The notes: a model not told the origin generated them from the letters alone. A stretch of DNA of 64,000 nt from an uncultured Eudoraea sp. (GCA_947258405.1 CAMYIE010000003.1:58653-122652), one strand, 5' to 3'; shown: positions 27,526 to 37,161, counted from the first letter of the stretch. Numbers and translations: made by a program.

Positions 27526-29436
27526 CTACTGAGGCAAATTTGCAGGCATAGGGAAGCCCACTTTGTGGTATATTTCCAGATATCTGGGATCGTCTCGAAG
27601 TTGGTCCAGCATAGGCTCTTCCCGAAGCCAGATCATTTCTGCCTCATGCATGTCAAAAGATTTTTGCAACCACTCTAAAGCCAGTTCATTCTGTTGGGTA
27701 GCACCATAATAAAGGGCGATAAACCATCCCGGACTGCCGGACATGCCCTCCTTATATCGAGTCTCTAATTCCGACAAAGTCTGGCTGGTCGTTTGATTGT
27801 TGCCTTCCCTATTTGCATGGACTGCGACAAGCCAGAGTACTACAGGTGGCCGGTCTGGAAAATTATTCAACAATTCATCCAAAAGGGATTTTGAGCGCTC
27901 CACGTCACCCAGATAGTAATAGTATCTGGATGCAATTCTGAGATACATGATATCATCGGAATAGAGCTTATCTAAATTTCTCAGCATTTCCAATGCCTCT
28001 GCTTTTCTATCGAGAAAATAATATGCCTGTATTCTAAACACCTGATAATACATGCTAAAAGGCTGCTCCTTTAGTCCTTGTTCAATTATCGCAAGTGATT
28101 GATCGGGTCTGCCCGTTTGTAAGGCATAGATAACAGACAAATTACTGGCCGTTTTGTAGCTCTTTTCCATATTCGCAAAATCCCACTCGTATATGTATAA
28201 ACCATCGTTGAATGCACCTTTTACTTTGCGATCTGTACTGTCTATTTCCATTGCTTTTATCAACAAACCTTTGGCTTTAGCCCAGGCCTCCTGTTCGCTG
28301 TAGATTCCCCAACTGGCACCGCCAAACAAATAGAGATACGCCAGGTTGATATAGGCATCATAAAACTCAGGGTCGAGGCGTATGGCTTCTGCGTATAGTG
28401 GGACAGCATTCTCCATCCCTTTTTTGGTATATTGAAAGCCTTGATAATTCGCTTGTAGATAATAGCTGTAAGCCTGCCTGTTTTGTGTTGGATTCATATT
28501 GAGGGCATTCATGTCCTCACGAGCAATCTCAACATGCATTCTTTCGGCTACATTTTCCACTACTTCGGCCTGGATAAGAAATACTTCATCGGTATTCCAG
28601 GAGCCTTGATATTCCTCAGACCAAAAATGTGCATTACTTCGGCCGTCTATGAGTTGTAACTTAATCTTTATCTGATCGCCCGAAAGTTGGAAATTCCCCT
28701 GCAGGATATAATTGACCCCTAATTCATCGGCTATTTTATCGACACTCTTTTCAGAGTTCTTATACTGTATTACAGATGTAAAGGGAATTACATTAGATAT
28801 GGAACTGATCTTCGTCAACCTGTTAATGACGGCATCGGTCATCCCATCACCTATATATTCAAGATTAGGATCGCCACTCCAATTTTTCAATGGAAGCACA
28901 GCGATGGTTTTCTCCCCTGCCCGGTATTCCGTTTGCATAAGATCCTCCGACTGATCAGTCCTGATATAATAAGAGGTGCTGAGTACCGCTATCAGTATTA
29001 GTGCCGTTATCAGCCCGATGATCCATCTGCTGTTTAGAGCACGGTATTTATTATTAATTCGGGCTCCACTGGTATTTTTAGCTGAGGTATGCTGATAAAT
29101 TGTTTTTGCCTCCCCTGGCGGGTAGCCATAATAATCCTTAAAACAAGAGCTAAAATAGGTTGGACTGGAAAAACCTACCCGATAGGCTATTTCAGCAACG
29201 GTTAAATCGTGCTTCTTTAGCAATTCCATGGCTTTTTTAAGTCTGTATTCCCTTATAAACTGGCTGGTGGAATTCCCGTTATAGGCATGCACCTTCCTAT
29301 GCAGGTTAGAACGACTTACATTAGCGGCCATTGCCAGATCACTAACTCCAAAGTGCTCATTTTCAAGATTTTTCTCGAGTATTTGCTGTAAACGGTCGAT
29401 AAATTTCTGATCGATATTTTGACTGACTTGCAGCAT
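27526..29436 (-). CDS. Transmembrane AraC-HTH / TolB-N-like / TPR regulator, called R2 here
   Basis: The 636-aa product has the same architecture as R1 and is collinear with it by eye. Shared blocks include FIREYRLKKAMELL...VAEIAYRVGFSSPTYFSSCFKDYYGYPPGE, the TM WIIGLITALILIAVLSTSYYI, IAVLPLKNWSGDPNLEYIGDGMTDAVINRLTKI, and the C-terminal ...DDPRYLEIYHKVGF. Confidence 0.75.
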   Translation of the reverse strand: MLQVSQNIDQKFIDRLQQILEKNLENEHFGVSDLAMAANVSRSNLHRKVHAYNGNSTSQFIREYRLKKAMELLKKHDLTVAEIAYRVGFSSPTYFSSCFKDYYGYPPGEAKTIYQHTSAKNTSGARINNKYRALNSRWIIGLITALILIAVLSTSYYIRTDQSEDLMQTEYRAGEKTIAVLPLKNWSGDPNLEYIGDGMTDAVINRLTKISSISNVIPFTSVIQYKNSEKSVDKIADELGVNYILQGNFQLSGDQIKIKLQLIDGRSNAHFWSEEYQGSWNTDEVFLIQAEVVENVAERMHVEIAREDMNALNMNPTQNRQAYSYYLQANYQGFQYTKKGMENAVPLYAEAIRLDPEFYDAYINLAYLYLFGGASWGIYSEQEAWAKAKGLLIKAMEIDSTDRKVKGAFNDGLYIYEWDFANMEKSYKTASNLSVIYALQTGRPDQSLAIIEQGLKEQPFSMYYQVFRIQAYYFLDRKAEALEMLRNLDKLYSDDIMYLRIASRYYYYLGDVERSKSLLDELLNNFPDRPPVVLWLVAVHANREGNNQTTSQTLSELETRYKEGMSGSPGWFIALYYGATQQNELALEWLQKSFDMHEAEMIWLREEPMLDQLRDDPRYLEIYHKVGFPMPANLPQ

Positions 29437-29548
29437 ATCATGGTATTTGTCGTAAACCGATAGTCTGAAACACGACTAAGTATGGTTGAGTATTTTCCTA
29501 CTAATTAGTGAATTTAAGGATGACAGACAATGACGATGATCACAACAT

Positions 29549-29577
29549 AAAAAAAACCGAAGCCTTCGCTTCGGTTT
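29549..29577 (-). terminator. Rho-independent terminator after the 29599-30282 gene
   Basis: The minus strand reads aaaccgaagc-gaag-gcttcggtttttttt. Confidence 0.75.
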
Positions 29578-29598
29578 ATAATAATACCTGTTAAAATT

Positions 29599-30282
29599 CT
29601 AAGGTTGATGAATTGAAGCATAGATATCGCCGCATTCGCCCGGCTCATCAGGGATTTCTGTAAAAGGTGGAAAACCATAAGGAAATACTTGCGGACAACC
29701 TCCTAAATATGATCCTATTTGCTCATTCACTATGCCTGGAATTTTTGGCCCATGGCTCCTTAAGACTATATGAACCTCTGCTTTCTGCGCATCGGCCAGA
29801 CCACCATAAGATGGTAGTCCAAATAAAGGATTAATGGTCTCCGAAGCATCATTTTCATTTAAGTGTGCACCAAAATTACCCTTGCCATTATTACCCACTA
29901 CATGGCCAGTGGCATACATGAGCTCTACCTGTACATCAGGATTTCCAAAATCTCCATCCGAGCAGGCACCAGGAATGTCACACTCCTCCGGATTATTCCA
30001 AATCACCCACCACATCGTATAAGCATGACCGGCAATCAGTCCGGTTGCCTTATAATTAGCGGTAATCCCGCTGTTATTCCGATGCAGGGTTGAAGTCCCT
30101 GCCTCAACACCGTTGACCACATCAAAAATTACAACGGTTTGCTTACCAGACGCTTTAACATCATGGTCGTTGTTTTCATTGAGGGTGGCATCGTACTGGC
30201 TATCTTCTGATTCAGATTCTGAATCACATGAAATAGCAATAAAGATCAAACTTGCTATAAATAGCATGAAAAACTTTTTCAT
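29599..30282 (-). CDS. Lipoprotein of unknown function with four conserved Cys. It is a paralog of 23046-23705 and is called X2 here.
   Basis: The 227-aa product has the signal FIAISCDSE. By hand alignment, about 110 of about 160 C-terminal positions are identical to X1. Confidence 0.6.
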   Translation of the reverse strand: MKKFFMLFIASLIFIAISCDSESESEDSQYDATLNENNDHDVKASGKQTVVIFDVVNGVEAGTSTLHRNNSGITANYKATGLIAGHAYTMWWVIWNNPEECDIPGACSDGDFGNPDVQVELMYATGHVVGNNGKGNFGAHLNENDASETINPLFGLPSYGGLADAQKAEVHIVLRSHGPKIPGIVNEQIGSYLGGCPQVFPYGFPPFTEIPDEPGECGDIYASIHQP

Positions 30283-30519
30283 CTTAATTGATTTACTAAT
30301 TAGTTGATTAGGTTATCAAGAAACACCCGTTGTTTCAGGTAAATGTCCTCTGAAGATCAGGACAAAGGATCGAACGAAGTCCCGTTCCAACGTTGTATTA
30401 AGGGGGAAATTTTTGGAAGTAAAGCGAAATCAGTTTTGTCTGGAAACTGATATCAGCAATATACGAAAATTCTTTAACATATAACGTATATTGCTGAATT
30501 ATAAGTCTTTATACATATA

Positions 30520-31845
30520 CTAGATCCGTTCAAAACCAATAGGCACTGTTTTTGGCTTGAGGGAAATTAGCGGATTGATCTCTATTTCGGCCAGAGGGGT
30601 ACTGATCCTATACCGGGACAAGATCCTGTAGAGTGTTATTATCATTTCATACATCGCAAAATTATTACCGATACACATTCGAGGGCCGGCCCCGAAAGGA
30701 TAGTAATATTGAGCATAGTCCTTCGGCAGTTTTTCCTGAAAGCGTTCGGGCCTGAACCGCTCAGCATCGCTCCAGAAATCAGTATGACGGTGTAATTCAT
30801 AGACCGACATCAGTACCAAACTACCTTTTCTCAACTCAAGACCTCCTATAGAATCCTCATCTTTAGCCTCCCGGTCTATTACATAGGCCGGAGGGTAGAG
30901 CCGGAGCGATTCCTCGATGCAACATTTGGTATAAGGCAATTGCTTAAACAAATCTGGAATTGCTACTGAATTCAGATCAACAGCCGCCATTTCCTTATGG
31001 AGCTTTTTCTGTACCTCACCGTTGCTGGCGATATTAAATAAACTAAAACTCAAAGCATTGGCTGTGGTTTCATGACCAGCAGTAAAAAGGATCAGGACCT
31101 CATCGAGAAGTTGTTGCCGCGGCATAGGAGTCCCGTCTTCATATCGGGCCTCCAGCAGCATATCCAGCAGGTCGTCCTTTTGCAAACCGGAACTAATCCG
31201 CTCTTCGATGATCCCATTGAGGATTTCCCGCCCCTCCCGGGCCATTTTCAAATGGCCTTCTATCTTCCCACTTAGCCGAAACCACCAGTTTAGGTAGGGT
31301 TGCCTCATCTCCCGTATCAACATGCGCTGGTTGCTCTCGGTTATTTCTTGTAAGCGCACCATCCTTTTCCGGATATCAGCCCGACTAAAAAGTGATTGTG
31401 CTACTACCTGGAATGCGAGATCGCTCATCAGGCGATATACATCTATTTCATGGCCAGGCTTTATCTGTTCCAGCTCACTTTCAATAGCCTTATTCATAAT
31501 AGACAAAAGCCCTTCCAGTTTTTTCTTGTGAAAGGCCGGCTGTATCATTCGCCGATGAACCCTCCAGTGTTCACCATTGGAAGTGAGGAGCCCCTTGCCA
31601 ATATATTTTGCAAGGTCCTCTGTTTGTAATTTTGATTTCTGATAGTTCTTGTGATTCTTTTGAAGAATATGTTTAATGATCAAGGGGTCGCGGGTAAAAA
31701 TTACTCCCGAAGGAGCCCCTATTTTTACACGAAAACTATCTCCAAACCTTTCAAAATTTTCGGAATGAAAGGGTAAAGGATTCTGGAGTATTCGTTTTCG
31801 ATTCTTAATAACTTCCCAGCGCGATACAGATGGCAGATCGGACAT
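30520..31845 (-). CDS. Cytochrome P450
   Basis: The 441-aa product has the I-helix AGHETT, ExxR (ESLR) and the heme-thiolate loop FGAGPRMCIGNNFA. Confidence 0.9.
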   Translation of the reverse strand: MSDLPSVSRWEVIKNRKRILQNPLPFHSENFERFGDSFRVKIGAPSGVIFTRDPLIIKHILQKNHKNYQKSKLQTEDLAKYIGKGLLTSNGEHWRVHRRMIQPAFHKKKLEGLLSIMNKAIESELEQIKPGHEIDVYRLMSDLAFQVVAQSLFSRADIRKRMVRLQEITESNQRMLIREMRQPYLNWWFRLSGKIEGHLKMAREGREILNGIIEERISSGLQKDDLLDMLLEARYEDGTPMPRQQLLDEVLILFTAGHETTANALSFSLFNIASNGEVQKKLHKEMAAVDLNSVAIPDLFKQLPYTKCCIEESLRLYPPAYVIDREAKDEDSIGGLELRKGSLVLMSVYELHRHTDFWSDAERFRPERFQEKLPKDYAQYYYPFGAGPRMCIGNNFAMYEMIITLYRILSRYRISTPLAEIEINPLISLKPKTVPIGFERI

Positions 31846-31888
31846 AACTATACGGTAATGTTGTCTAAATTAGGAACAATCTTGGTCT

Positions 31889-33259
31889 TTACCGCTCATT
31901 GTCATGTATTATATCCTTGATAAATTCGGCCTGGCTTTTGAAATAGTCTTCCGGGAATCCGGGCCATCTGATTTGGTTTTCTCTTCCTAATCGCCTAAAA
32001 CCATGATTAAAGCCCGGGTACATTTTAATACGGATATCTTTACCCGAGGCTTTTAGTTCTGTTAGGATTTCCTCTGTTTCAAGTGCATCGATACTTTCGT
32101 CATCGGGTGTTAACAAGACGAACAGCGGAACGTTAAGCTCCATTATAATGGGAATGGGGTCGTGATCCATAAATGGCAGGTAGTATTTGAGGTGTTCAGG
32201 ATCTGGCGGATATTGCAAATATTTCAACCCTGAAGTATCGTACCAGGGTTCTGTTTTTGCAAGCTCCAGAGTCGACTTATATGATTTCCATTCACCGGTT
32301 CTAAGGCCTTGATGCCAGTGGTCTACCAGGAGGCGGATAAGGCGAATATCTTCATCTCCTGCCCCAGCTTTTTTAGCATTATAAATAAAACTCCATTGGG
32401 CCTCACGAGCAGGACTTACCGCCGGACCTGCACTACTAATTACAAATGCGGTTTCATCCCATAGTATGGCTGCCAGAGGTCCTATCCATCCACCCTGACT
32501 ATGGCCAAAGAAGCCGGCAAATTCTATTTCCTCCATTCCCAAAAAATGCTGGGCTACGGCGATACCATCTTTGGCCAGATCTTCGAAATCGGCTCCCTGC
32601 CAATCGCCTTTAGAACCTGCTACTCCCCTTTTATCGAATATTATGGAGGCGACACCTTCTTCAGCAAGTGCAAAGGCAGAAAAGCGGTTTGCATCTTTTG
32701 GCTGAGGTCCTGAACCATGGAGAAAAACCACGCCCGGGAAGGGTCCCTTTCCCCTCGGCAGTATAACTTCAGCACTTAGTATTCCTTCCGGGCCTTCCAT
32801 GGATACCTGAGAGCTGTTAAAAGAACGTTCATCATCATCTTTATACAGGCGTATCATAGCCAGTTCTTCCAGGCGTGTATCCTGCCAGCTACCTTCCAAA
32901 TACGGTTCATCTGTTCCGTTATCTACGAGTTTTAGCAAAAGGATCTGCTCTGAATTGTCGGCCGGAAACCGAAGTGTTAGTTCACCTCCATTGAGCTGGA
33001 CATCTTTGGCCGGCCACCCCATTACTCCCATATCCATAAGGCTAATCGAAGCGTTGAGCACATTATTGGGTTGTTGGAGTTCCAAAGTAACCCGGGTTTG
33101 TTCCCTTGAAGTGGTGGCACTGCCTACCCATCGGCCTATAAAAAGGTTAATAGATTCAGAGGTGCCGGTATGCAGAGTTTTCAGAGGTGCCGGAATCGAT
33201 CGATTGCCGTTAAGACTACATAAAGCTATGGTGAGTATTATTACGCGAATGATCATCAC
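31889..33259 (-). CDS. Exported alpha/beta hydrolase (S9/dienelactone-hydrolase-like) with an N-terminal extra domain
   Basis: The 456-aa product has a signal-like N-terminus. It contains HGSGPQ, the nucleophile elbow GHSQGG and a C-terminal FNHGF (His) context. Confidence 0.7.
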   Translation of the reverse strand: MMIIRVIILTIALCSLNGNRSIPAPLKTLHTGTSESINLFIGRWVGSATTSREQTRVTLELQQPNNVLNASISLMDMGVMGWPAKDVQLNGGELTLRFPADNSEQILLLKLVDNGTDEPYLEGSWQDTRLEELAMIRLYKDDDERSFNSSQVSMEGPEGILSAEVILPRGKGPFPGVVFLHGSGPQPKDANRFSAFALAEEGVASIIFDKRGVAGSKGDWQGADFEDLAKDGIAVAQHFLGMEEIEFAGFFGHSQGGWIGPLAAILWDETAFVISSAGPAVSPAREAQWSFIYNAKKAGAGDEDIRLIRLLVDHWHQGLRTGEWKSYKSTLELAKTEPWYDTSGLKYLQYPPDPEHLKYYLPFMDHDPIPIIMELNVPLFVLLTPDDESIDALETEEILTELKASGKDIRIKMYPGFNHGFRRLGRENQIRWPGFPEDYFKSQAEFIKDIIHDNER

Positions 33260-33339
33260 GGACTATTCTGTTTTTGTTCTATACATTAAACGAATGCTCA
33301 GGAATTTCGTTACAGTATTCAAAGTCAATGCTTGTGCTT

Positions 33340-34362
33340 TCAGAAAAGATCGGTCTGTCCGTCTCCTTTTAATTTCCCCAAATGACGATAAGCCAGCTCG
33401 GTCACCTCTCTTCCCCGGGGGGTCCTCATAATAAAACCTTGCTGAATTAAAAAGGGCTCATATACCTCTTCTATAGTCTCCGCATTTTCGGATACCGCAG
33501 TGGCCAATGTGGTGATCCCCACCGGCCCTCCTTTAAACTTATCGATAATAGTGGTCAGGATCTTATTATCCATTTCATCCAACCCGTGAACATCCACATT
33601 CAGGGCTTTTAAGCCATATCTGGAAATCTTCAGGTCGATATCGCCTGTACCTTTTATCTGCGCAAAGTCGCGCACCCTTCTAAGCAGTGCGTTGGAAATT
33701 CGGGGTGTCCCCCGGCTCCTGCCGGCAATTTCAATGGCTGCGTCGTTGGTTATCGGCACTTTTAATATCTCTGCACTTCGTTCTAAAATAGTAGAAAGCA
33801 ATTCGGTATTATAGTATTCTAATCGATTGGTAATACTAAAACGGGCTCTCATCGGGGCTGTAAGCAAGCCCGAACGCGTTGTAGCCCCTATCAATGTAAA
33901 TGGATGTAAATTGATCTGAACCGATCTGGCATTGGGCCCTGTCTCGATCATAATATCGATTTTATAATCCTCCATGGCCGAGTAGAGATATTCTTCCACT
34001 ACCGGACTCAACCTGTGGATCTCGTCTATGAATAAAACATCGCGCTCTTCCAGATTGGTAAGCAAGCCAGCCAGATCTCCCGGCTTATCGAGAACCGGCC
34101 CGGAGGTAACTTTGATCCCAACACCCAGTTCGTTAGCCAGTATATGGGCCAGAGTGGTCTTGCCCAGCCCGGGCGGACCATGGAATAAGGTATGATCTAA
34201 TGCCTCATTTCTCAGGTTTGCAGCCTCAACAAATATTTTTAGGTTTTCCAATACCTGTTCCTGGCCGGTAAAATCATCAAAGGATACGGGCCTCAGAGCA
34301 CGATCCAATTCCAATTCTTCCGGTGAGAAATTCGTTCCTGTGGCGTCGAGATTCTCATTCAT
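33340..34362 (-). CDS. ruvB: Holliday junction branch migration DNA helicase RuvB
   Basis: The product has Walker [10 protein letters not shown], Walker [10 protein letters not shown] and a full-length RuvB pattern. The track ORF runs to 34416, but the ATG at 34362 (MNENLDATG...) fits usual RuvB N-termini better. Confidence 0.93.
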   Translation of the reverse strand: MNENLDATGTNFSPEELELDRALRPVSFDDFTGQEQVLENLKIFVEAANLRNEALDHTLFHGPPGLGKTTLAHILANELGVGIKVTSGPVLDKPGDLAGLLTNLEERDVLFIDEIHRLSPVVEEYLYSAMEDYKIDIMIETGPNARSVQINLHPFTLIGATTRSGLLTAPMRARFSITNRLEYYNTELLSTILERSAEILKVPITNDAAIEIAGRSRGTPRISNALLRRVRDFAQIKGTGDIDLKISRYGLKALNVDVHGLDEMDNKILTTIIDKFKGGPVGITTLATAVSENAETIEEVYEPFLIQQGFIMRTPRGREVTELAYRHLGKLKGDGQTDLF

Positions 34363-34553
34363 ATCCTCAAAGATAGTAAAATACGAAGGGTGATTTTTGG
34401 CGTATTTTGATTTCAATAAAGAGCCCGGAGGTTAATCCTCCCTAAATCCTGATAATTATCAGTTTTTTTACAAAGATTTATCCCCTTCTTTGCACAGTTA
34501 ATTGGTATTATTAGTAATTTAATCTTTCACATAGATTTATTAAAACTCGGAAA

Positions 34554-36158
34554 ATGACAACAAAATTTAACCTTCGCAAATACGGCATTGAAACCGAAGA
34601 AGTATATAGGAACAGTAGTGTCCCTGTTCTTTACGAATTGGGATTACAACTTGAAAAAGGGACAGCGATCTCAGACGTTGGGGCATTGTTGGTATACTCA
34701 GCTGAAAAAACAGGACGTAGTCCTAAAGATAAGCGCATTGTACGCCATCCGGATTCTGAAAATAATATCGACTGGGGTCCCATTAATATGGGGTTAGACG
34801 AACATACCTTTATGGTAAACCACGAGCGTGCTATGGATTATCTGAATGTATGCGATCATCTTTACGTGGTGGATGCCTTTTTGGGCTGGGATCCTAAGTA
34901 CAGAAAAAAAGTAAGGATAATTTGTACCCGTGCCTACCATGCACTCTTTATGCAGAATATGCTGATTATGCCAACGGCAGAAGAACTGGCCGATTTTGGT
35001 GAACCTGATTACGTAGTATTCAATGCCGGTGGATTCCCGGCCAACCGATATACTTCGGAAATGACTTCCAAGACCAGTATTGATGTGAACCTGGAACGCA
35101 AGGAGATCGTGATCCTCGGCACCCAGTATGCCGGTGAGATGAAAAAAGGCCTTTTCGGCGTTATGAATTACCTGATGCCTCTTGAGAATGTACTCCCAAT
35201 GCACTGTTCAGCCAATGTAGGAGAAGAGGGTGACGTTACCCTGTTGTTCGGACTTTCGGGAACAGGAAAAACTACCCTCAGCGCGGATCCTAAACGAAAA
35301 TTGATAGGGGACGATGAGCATTGCTGGACAGACACAGGCGTATTCAATATTGAAGGTGGTTGTTATGCCAAAGCAATTGATCTTTCAGCAGAGAAGGAGC
35401 CTGATATTTTCAATGCTATCCGTTTTGGAACAGTACTTGAAAATGTTGTTTACGACAAGTTTACTCATGAGGTGGATTACACAGACACCACGATTACCCA
35501 GAATACCAGGGCGTCTTATCCGATTGATTTCATAGACAACGTACAGATACCTTGTATTGCCGGTCATCCGAAAAACATAATCTTCCTTACCTGTGATGCC
35601 TTTGGTGTATTACCTCCTGTAAGTAAGCTTACACCAGAGCAGGCAAGCTATCATTTTATCGCCGGATATACTGCAAAAGTAGCCGGTACAGAAATGGGCG
35701 TTACCGAACCTCAAGCCACTTTCAGCTCAAACTTTGGCGCCGCGTTCATGATGTGGCATCCCAACAAATATGCCGAATTGCTGGCTGAAAAAATGAAGGA
35801 GCACGGAGCAACAGCCTGGTTGGTAAATACCGGCTGGACAGGTGGTGCACATGGTGTAGGTTCCAGAATGAAGTTAAAGTATACCAGGGCAATGATCGAT
35901 GCCATTCACCATGGTGATTTTGACAGTGTTGATTTCGTCAAGGATGAAGAATTTGGATTTGAAATTCCAACGAGTTGTCCTAATGTACCATCCGAAGTAC
36001 TTGTACCCAAAAATACTTGGGAAGACAAAGATAAATTCGACGAGGATAAGAAGAAGCTGATTTCATTGTTCAATGAAAATTTCAAGAAGTTTGAAGCTGG
36101 TGTAAATAAGGAAATTATTGAAGCCGGTCCAAAACCTGATTATTCTTTGCAGTCGTAG
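34554..36158 (+). CDS. pckA: Phosphoenolpyruvate carboxykinase (ATP)
   Basis: The 534-aa product has the kinase-1a motif [11 protein letters not shown], followed by LIGDDEH and the typical PckA(ATP) pattern. Confidence 0.93.
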   Translation: MTTKFNLRKYGIETEEVYRNSSVPVLYELGLQLEKGTAISDVGALLVYSAEKTGRSPKDKRIVRHPDSENNIDWGPINMGLDEHTFMVNHERAMDYLNVCDHLYVVDAFLGWDPKYRKKVRIICTRAYHALFMQNMLIMPTAEELADFGEPDYVVFNAGGFPANRYTSEMTSKTSIDVNLERKEIVILGTQYAGEMKKGLFGVMNYLMPLENVLPMHCSANVGEEGDVTLLFGLSGTGKTTLSADPKRKLIGDDEHCWTDTGVFNIEGGCYAKAIDLSAEKEPDIFNAIRFGTVLENVVYDKFTHEVDYTDTTITQNTRASYPIDFIDNVQIPCIAGHPKNIIFLTCDAFGVLPPVSKLTPEQASYHFIAGYTAKVAGTEMGVTEPQATFSSNFGAAFMMWHPNKYAELLAEKMKEHGATAWLVNTGWTGGAHGVGSRMKLKYTRAMIDAIHHGDFDSVDFVKDEEFGFEIPTSCPNVPSEVLVPKNTWEDKDKFDEDKKKLISLFNENFKKFEAGVNKEIIEAGPKPDYSLQS

Positions 36159-36177
36159 AATTATTTTGATTTAATCG

Positions 36178-36216
36178 AAAATTCCCGGGATTTATTAAGT
36201 TCCGGGAATTTTTTTT
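36178..36216. terminator. Bidirectional rho-independent terminator between the convergent pckA and 36215-37039 genes
   Basis: The sequence aaaattcccggga-tttattaagt-tccgggaattttttttt has an A-run and a T-run flanking the stem. Confidence 0.75.
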
Positions 36217-37039
36217 AATCCGGTCGTTTATATAATTCAGAATTTCCACTGAATTCTTCGATCAGAATAGAAGCCTCTCCGTAGAGGTAAACCTTCGCAT
36301 TAACAGAAGACGACAGTTTCAATTGGTTCTGAGCACGAATTCGAGCTGAGGCCGTATCGGTTGTTTCCAGTGATACATTCTTCCCTTCAAATTCCTGAGC
36401 TCTAAGCTTGATGCTGCCCGTTAATCTTATATCCACTATTTCTGATGTGCCCTGAATTTCGGCCAGTGCATCATCCTGCATTTCCAGCGTTTTATGCCTG
36501 CTAACCGAATAGATATCGGCATCGACTTTATCCATTAGCAATACCGAGAGTGAATCGGAATCTATATTGAGGCGTGCTTTGCTATTCCCTTCCATCTCAA
36601 CGATGGTTACAGCTGCACTAACCTGCAAGTCTGCCCGCGAGCTCCCCGCCGTAAACAGCTTAAGTTCATCCGCAGAGATCGTTGACATGGTGGATATTTT
36701 ACCCTGGTTGATCCTTATCGATTCTAGTTCATTATACCGCACAGATATTTCTAATTTCTTCTTGGCGGTTACCGTATAGAATGCGCTGATCACAAGTGTA
36801 CTGTCTTCTACTTCGAACTTTAGAATATCAATCAGGTTATCATCGGCGGTAATGGTGTAGCCAGGCTCGCTCGACTTTTGGAGTGAGATTTCAAGATCGT
36901 CCATGAGTTCAATCCGATTGAAATCGGACAGATCTTCCCTAACTTCAACCACACTTTTGTTTCCTTTAATTTTTGGCTTCCGCTGGGCATGTAAAACTGC
37001 GACGCTCAGACAGATCAGAATAAGAAATAGTTTTTTCAC
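36215..37039 (-). CDS. Exported DUF2807 / head-GIN-domain-like beta-helical protein
   Basis: The 274-aa product has a signal peptide. The pattern IKGN.....E.R....F..IE........L......Y.I.ADDNL...L...V.D.TL.I and repeated short beta-strand units resemble DUF2807. Confidence 0.5.
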   Translation of the reverse strand: MKKLFLILICLSVAVLHAQRKPKIKGNKSVVEVREDLSDFNRIELMDDLEISLQKSSEPGYTITADDNLIDILKFEVEDSTLVISAFYTVTAKKKLEISVRYNELESIRINQGKISTMSTISADELKLFTAGSSRADLQVSAAVTIVEMEGNSKARLNIDSDSLSVLLMDKVDADIYSVSRHKTLEMQDDALAEIQGTSEIVDIRLTGSIKLRAQEFEGKNVSLETTDTASARIRAQNQLKLSSSVNAKVYLYGEASILIEEFSGNSELYKRPD

Positions 37040-37113
37040 TTTCAGATAATTAATATTGTTGACGAATCCTTACACAAAAATAGGGATATCTTACTGTCTT
37101 CAGTAATGTCCAT

Positions 37114-37137
37114 AAAAAAAGCCCGTATAATACGGGC
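37114..37137 (-). terminator. Rho-independent terminator ending the act-cox operon
   Basis: The minus strand reads gcccgta-tta-tacgggc followed by ttttttta, 25 nt after the coxI stop. Confidence 0.75.
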
Positions 37138-37161
37138 ATTGTATTGTTTATCATCACAAGC

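Noticed and set aside
14662-33259. The island could be a mobile element, prophage or integrative element, or could harbour a CRISPR array.
   Set aside because: I saw no integrase, transposase, recombinase, phage structural gene, flanking direct repeat, tRNA at the borders or repeat-spacer array. Only compositional hints of foreign origin remain.
32955-33431. A 158-aa plus-strand ORF bridges the hydrolase and ruvB genes.
   Set aside because: It lies antisense to two supported genes and crosses their intergenic spacer. It shows no domain signal.
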